From positions 480,001 through 544,000 of the forward strand of contig OZ244991.1 of NCBI GenBank assembly GCA_965223335.1: 64,000 bases of DNA. The letters run 5' to 3'. This DNA comes from Thermodesulfobacteriota bacterium (lineage in GTDB: Bacteria > Desulfobacterota_D > UBA1144 > Nemesobacterales > UBA2774). Within the stretch, counting starts at the first letter, position 1; each line of letters opens with the position of its first letter. Under the pieces are notes generated by a model, which worked only from the letters and a program-made list of their open reading frames with translations, was not told where the DNA came from and made no database searches. Below, in pieces: positions 59,547 to 64,000 of this stretch. The position numbers were made by a program, and so were the translations under genes.

Positions 59547-60371
59547 ATGAAAGTAATAAAAATATTTTTGATCCCCCTTGCAATCCTCTTATTTACGACC
59601 GGATGCGGCTCTAAAAAAATACCAAAAGACCTAAGTAACGAAGAGCTATACAACATGGCTGTAGAAGAGATCTCAAAGGACAAGGGCGGGTTTCCCTGGG
59701 TATTCAAAGGCAAAGACTACGACAGTATCTTCAAGATGCTAAAAGAGATACAGATACGCTACTCTTTTAGCTCCTATGCGACTCTTGCAGAGCTACGAAC
59801 CGCAGATGCTTACCTGGACCGGGGGGAATACGAACAGGCCGCTATCGAGTACGAAGAATTCATTAAACGCCACCCCGGCCACCCAGAGATCCCCTATGCA
59901 ACATACCAATTGGGCCTATCGTACTACAAACAGATTCTAAGCCCCGACAGAGACCCTACGGCTACACGAGAGGCGCTTAAGTGGTTCACTACCTTTGTTA
60001 ACGACTATCCTTCCTCTCCATTGGTCCCCGAGGCCCAAGAGCGCATAAGAAAATGCAGAAACCGTCTTGCTCGGCGTGAGATATATATAGGCAATTTTTA
60101 TTCCAAGAGAAAGAACCACAAAGCCGCTGCCGACAGATACCAAGTCGTCGTAACTGACTATGGTGACACAAAAAAGTACACCGAAGCACTCTACCTGCTT
60201 AGCCGGGCCTATATACGCGGGGAAGAATTCGGACTGGCCAGATCCACGCTAGACACATTGGCGCAGCAGTCCCCAGAGGATAAGTATCAGAGAAAGGCTC
60301 AGGACCTCTTAAATGAACTAAATAAAAAAGAGTCCGAGTACAAGGCAAAAAGCGATTCTAATCAGGGATGA
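59547..60371 (+). CDS. bamD: Outer membrane protein assembly factor BamD
   Basis: Lipobox TTGC, TPR repeats, FIKRHPGHP, DRDPT, LARREIYIGNFY. Confidence 0.9.
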   Translation: MKVIKIFLIPLAILLFTTGCGSKKIPKDLSNEELYNMAVEEISKDKGGFPWVFKGKDYDSIFKMLKEIQIRYSFSSYATLAELRTADAYLDRGEYEQAAIEYEEFIKRHPGHPEIPYATYQLGLSYYKQILSPDRDPTATREALKWFTTFVNDYPSSPLVPEAQERIRKCRNRLARREIYIGNFYSKRKNHKAAADRYQVVVTDYGDTKKYTEALYLLSRAYIRGEEFGLARSTLDTLAQQSPEDKYQRKAQDLLNELNKKESEYKAKSDSNQG

Positions 60372-60829
60372 GAACCAAAGCCCTTGCCTTACTCCCGATA
60401 TTATTACTAGCTCTCACATCGTGTGCCCCCGATAGCAACCGGAGCATCGAAGACGTGCTCTCACAAAGAAAGGATGCGATGGAGTCAAAGAATCTGGAGC
60501 TTTACCTCAAGTGTATCTCCCCCGACTATAAGGAGCACAAAGACGGAGACACGCTAAATATAGAGGATGTGAAAAAAAAGTTCTTAACCAATGTAACACT
60601 GTTCGACGATATAGATATCGTCCATAAAAACAGGACTATATATGTTAATGGCAACAGTGCCGATGTGGCTCAAAAAACCATAGTCAGGGTAAGGATCAAT
60701 AGAAGTAAGAGTGTGTTTACATTTAACGAACAGATAGGGCTTGCTAAAAACAATGGGAGATGGGAGATAGTTAAAGAGTCCGAGGCTGATTTTTTCGACG
60801 GCTTTGTGTACGGAGGCAAACAGGGCTAA
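60368..60829 (+). CDS. NTF2-like fold lipoprotein
   Basis: Lipobox LTSC, ISPDY, GRWEIV; ATGA overlap with bamD. Confidence 0.7.
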   Translation: MRTKALALLPILLLALTSCAPDSNRSIEDVLSQRKDAMESKNLELYLKCISPDYKEHKDGDTLNIEDVKKKFLTNVTLFDDIDIVHKNRTIYVNGNSADVAQKTIVRVRINRSKSVFTFNEQIGLAKNNGRWEIVKESEADFFDGFVYGGKQG

Positions 60830-60842
60830 TCCCTATCGGCTC

Positions 60843-61205
60843 CTACATACCGAACTGCTTTTCAACCTTTTCTTGTTCTTCCTTACAACTTATACAGAGT
60901 GTAGTTTCAGGGCGCGCCCGCAACCGATTCTCTGCAATGTCGTCCTCGCAGATTTCACACACGCCGTACGACCCGTCTTCAGTCTTCCTGAGTGCTTTTT
61001 GAATCTTTAATATCAGCTTTCTTTCTCTATCTCTTTTCCTCAATTCAATACTATGGTTCGATTCCGATAAAGCCCTGTCCAGAGGGTCGGGGTACGTACC
61101 GTCACCTTTACTCATCCGTGACACAGTGTCCTCGGCTATACCCAATAATCCGGCCATTTTCTTAACCAACATATTTCGAAACTGCGCTACTTTTTGCGGG
61201 TTCAT
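60843..61205 (-). CDS. dksA: RNA polymerase-binding protein DksA
   Basis: DPLDRA tip motif, RDRERKLI, YGVCEIC...RLRARP..LCISCK. Confidence 0.9.
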   Translation of the reverse strand: MNPQKVAQFRNMLVKKMAGLLGIAEDTVSRMSKGDGTYPDPLDRALSESNHSIELRKRDRERKLILKIQKALRKTEDGSYGVCEICEDDIAENRLRARPETTLCISCKEEQEKVEKQFGM

Positions 61206-61342
61206 AACACAAAATTATAGCATTCAACAAAATGTCTGTAAAACCGATGAGGCCGTGGATTGAGCGCACCGGGCCTAAGCCTGGTTGGAGTGTTGACCAA
61301 TGCTTATTATCCACTAAATTATTATTTCTGGAGACAAACTGA

Positions 61343-62215
61343 ATGTTAAAAATGGCGAGAATACGGTTAAATGTGAATGGTGAGGGAGCAGCCCTAATCT
61401 CTGACTTTTTACTAGGCCAAAACGCACAGGGTGTAGCAGAGGACCATAAGGAAGACGGGGTTACCGAGGTCTCGGCCTACTTTTATAGAGACCAGAATCT
61501 GGGTGTGATTATTAAGAGGCTTAAACAGTATATAACATTTATTGAAAGCACTATAGACAATGCCGAGATCGGAGAGATCCGTACGGAACAAATCGACCGA
61601 TCCGGTTGGGCATTATGGAAAAGGGAACTAAAAGCAGTAAGAGCAAGCAATAAGATCATTATTAAACCACCTTGGGAACAATACGAGCCCCAAGACCTTG
61701 AAACGGTAATTGAGATTAATCCCTCGATGGCATTTGGAACCGGCCATCACGCTACGACAAGACTCTGCATACAGTACATAGAGGAGATACTATCCACAAA
61801 CACCGTCGAAAGTGTGCTGGATGTGGGATGCGGAAGCGGGATATTGAGTATCGCTTCGGTTAAGCTCGGGGCTAAAAACGTATTGGGACTGGATACTGAC
61901 CCCATTGCCATTAGAGAAACCATCAGAAACACGACCGTTAACAAGGCACTTGATAAATGTAAGTTCTTCTGCGGTTATCTCGAGAGCGTTAAGGGTTCGT
62001 TTGACCTAATAGTTGCAAATATCTATATTGAACCCTTACTATTGATGGCCCAAGATCTAAAATCCAGATTACGCACCAATGGCCATCTAATAATCTCGGG
62101 GATACCGAACACAAGACGAGACGAACTGGTTAGGGGGCTTTCCAAATCGGGGCTTATTTTAAAAGACGAGAGGACTGACGAGGTTTGGCACGCATTTATA
62201 TATCAACTTAGCTAA
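61343..62215 (+). CDS. prmA: Ribosomal protein L11 methyltransferase
   Basis: PPW, NPSMAFGTGHHATT, LDVGCGSGIL, VANI, ISGI. Confidence 0.92.
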   Translation: MLKMARIRLNVNGEGAALISDFLLGQNAQGVAEDHKEDGVTEVSAYFYRDQNLGVIIKRLKQYITFIESTIDNAEIGEIRTEQIDRSGWALWKRELKAVRASNKIIIKPPWEQYEPQDLETVIEINPSMAFGTGHHATTRLCIQYIEEILSTNTVESVLDVGCGSGILSIASVKLGAKNVLGLDTDPIAIRETIRNTTVNKALDKCKFFCGYLESVKGSFDLIVANIYIEPLLLMAQDLKSRLRTNGHLIISGIPNTRRDELVRGLSKSGLILKDERTDEVWHAFIYQLS

Positions 62216-62274
62216 GCTCACAATATTATACAGATCAACCGACACACGCATATCTAAGAGAGGTAAAAACTGTT

Positions 62275-63312
62275 ATGTCATCATTTAAGACGATAGAATG
62301 GAAAGACAACAAGGTCATTATGATCGATCAGCGAAAGCTTCCTACTGAAGAGACCTACGTTGAGTATGAGAACTACAAAGATGTCGCGGCGGCAATAAAA
62401 AATATGGTTATAAGAGGTGCACCTGCGATAGGTGTAGCCGCTGCTATGGGCATTGCACTCGGCGCTAACGCGAGTAAAGCAGAGAATATAGAGGATTTTT
62501 ACTCTGAGCTCAACTACATATCCAGCACAATTCTAAACACCAGGCCCACAGCCGTTAACCTCTCGTGGGCCGTAAACAGAATGAACAAGATAACCCAGAA
62601 CCAAAGGCATAAACACATAGATGAGATTAAGATGTTGCTTGTGGACGAAGCCAATAAGATCCTGGATGAAGACATCGAAACCTGTAGGCTGATCGGCAAA
62701 CACGGGGCGGAGCTATTGCAAAACAACTCGGAAGTGCTCACCCACTGCAATGCGGGAGCGCTGGCCACAGGCGGGTACGGCACTGCTCTTGGGGTAATTA
62801 GAGCAGCTACAGAGCATGGCAAAGACCTAAACGTAATTGCTACCGAGACCCGTCCTTTCCTACAGGGTGCAAGACTAACAGCTTGGGAGCTTAGCAAGGA
62901 TCATGTGCCCGTCACCCTTATCACTGATAATATGGTCGGCCACATCATGAGTAAGGGGATGGTAGATGCAGTGGTAGTGGGTGCGGACAGAATTGCCTGT
63001 AACGGTGACGTTGCAAATAAGATAGGTACCTACTCCATCTCCGTATTAGCCAAGTCCCACGGCATCCCATTTTACGTGGCCGCACCAATATCGACCATAG
63101 ATTACAATTGTCCTAGTGGCCGGGATATACCTATAGAGCAGCGAGACCCAAAGGAAGTCACTCACATAGGCCACAAACAAATCGCTGCGGAAGTAAAAGT
63201 ACTCAACCCGGCTTTTGATATTACCCCTCACGATAATATCACTGCGATAATTACAGAGAAGGGTGTGGCAGTGAAGCCCTTTACTGAAAACCTAAAGAGC
63301 TTTTGTCAGTAA
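62275..63312 (+). CDS. mtnA: S-methyl-5-thioribose-1-phosphate isomerase
   Basis: IDQRKLP, IRGAPAIG, RPTAVNL, THCNAGALAT, ETRPFLQG, NKIGT, NPAFD. Confidence 0.95.
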   Translation: MSSFKTIEWKDNKVIMIDQRKLPTEETYVEYENYKDVAAAIKNMVIRGAPAIGVAAAMGIALGANASKAENIEDFYSELNYISSTILNTRPTAVNLSWAVNRMNKITQNQRHKHIDEIKMLLVDEANKILDEDIETCRLIGKHGAELLQNNSEVLTHCNAGALATGGYGTALGVIRAATEHGKDLNVIATETRPFLQGARLTAWELSKDHVPVTLITDNMVGHIMSKGMVDAVVVGADRIACNGDVANKIGTYSISVLAKSHGIPFYVAAPISTIDYNCPSGRDIPIEQRDPKEVTHIGHKQIAAEVKVLNPAFDITPHDNITAIITEKGVAVKPFTENLKSFCQ

Positions 63313-63316
63313 CGGT

Positions 63317-63709
63317 TTATTGCCTTTCCAAATCTTCCTGGCACGAAATACACAGCTTTGTAAAAGGCATGGCAATAAGTCTCTCTTTATCGATATTGTC
63401 CTCGCAGGATTCACATATCCCATAGGTACCTACTTCGAGGCGTTTAAGTGCATCGTCCACGCGGGTAAGCTTCTCGCGCTCACGGTCCGCGAGCATTAGT
63501 GCCAGCTCTCTGTCCCTGTCGCTTGATGCGTGGTCATAGAAGTCCCCGATGTCGTGTTTCAAGTGGTCGGATTCAGCTTTGATCGACTCCGTAACATCCT
63601 CTAACAACTCCTTTCGCATAAGCAACAACATGTCTTTGATCTTGTCGCGCCAAGTAGCTCTGGGCTTTTTTTTACCCTTGGTTTTAGTTGTCTTTTTCCC
63701 TGTAGCCAT
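63317..63709 (-). CDS. Second TraR/DksA-family transcription factor
   Basis: DFYDHA, YGICESC...RLIAMP..LCISCQ; Lys-rich N-terminus; AGGAGAG RBS. Confidence 0.88.
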   Translation of the reverse strand: MATGKKTTKTKGKKKPRATWRDKIKDMLLLMRKELLEDVTESIKAESDHLKHDIGDFYDHASSDRDRELALMLADREREKLTRVDDALKRLEVGTYGICESCEDNIDKERLIAMPFTKLCISCQEDLERQ

Positions 63710-64000
63710 ATCAGATGTGAACTCTCCTATATTTGGATATCAACAATTTTGATCCACTTCTATAAGCTTGAGATGTGTCATTTCACACATCCTTCGTTAC
63801 TTACTGCCTTCGTTTAGTCCTCAGACAAGGGAGTATAAAGATTAAGTACATAATGTCGTTTGTCAAGAGCATAATAGAGACGGCTCTATATATAATTAAA
63901 CGTCTATAATATCCGGATATACCCTTATTGCCCTGCTTGCATATATAAATTATTTACTTAAAATATCTTAGCTCTGCACACTATGAGTAACGCAAATAAC

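Overview
A 64-kb stretch of ordinary bacterial chromosome from a diderm organism with deltaproteobacterial-style gene content. An affinity to Ca. Dadabacteria/Desulfobacterota is my impression only and was not tested. About 58 protein genes and one tRNA-Ser(UGA) are supported. Most are housekeeping: htpG, radA, murI, etfBA, tamB, queG, pfk, mltD, gatB, carA, iorAB, nfi, gshB-gatCA, rsmI, rpsB-tsf-pyrH-frr, archease-rtcB-serS, bamD, dksA, prmA, mtnA. A small accessory islet of secreted proteins plus a pseudogene lies 3' of the tRNA (about 36.7-43.1 kb). I see no integrase, transposase, phage gene, CRISPR array or rRNA. Best leads: (1) a 555-aa orphan protein with a divergent class II aldolase metal site, preceded by a long structured leader that can pair next to its ribosome-binding site, between lipid kinase/acyltransferase genes and an atypical histidine phosphatase; (2) a tandem pair of 8-oxoG glycosylases whose second copy has lost the catalytic lysine; (3) a 50-Cys secreted protein with ABAB Ig-like repeats; (4) coupled hyp-nfi-phosphatase and archease-rtcB-serS operons; (5) a sigma-54 promoter with a tandem palindromic enhancer ahead of a subtilase. 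All family calls come from motif recognition by eye; no database search was run.
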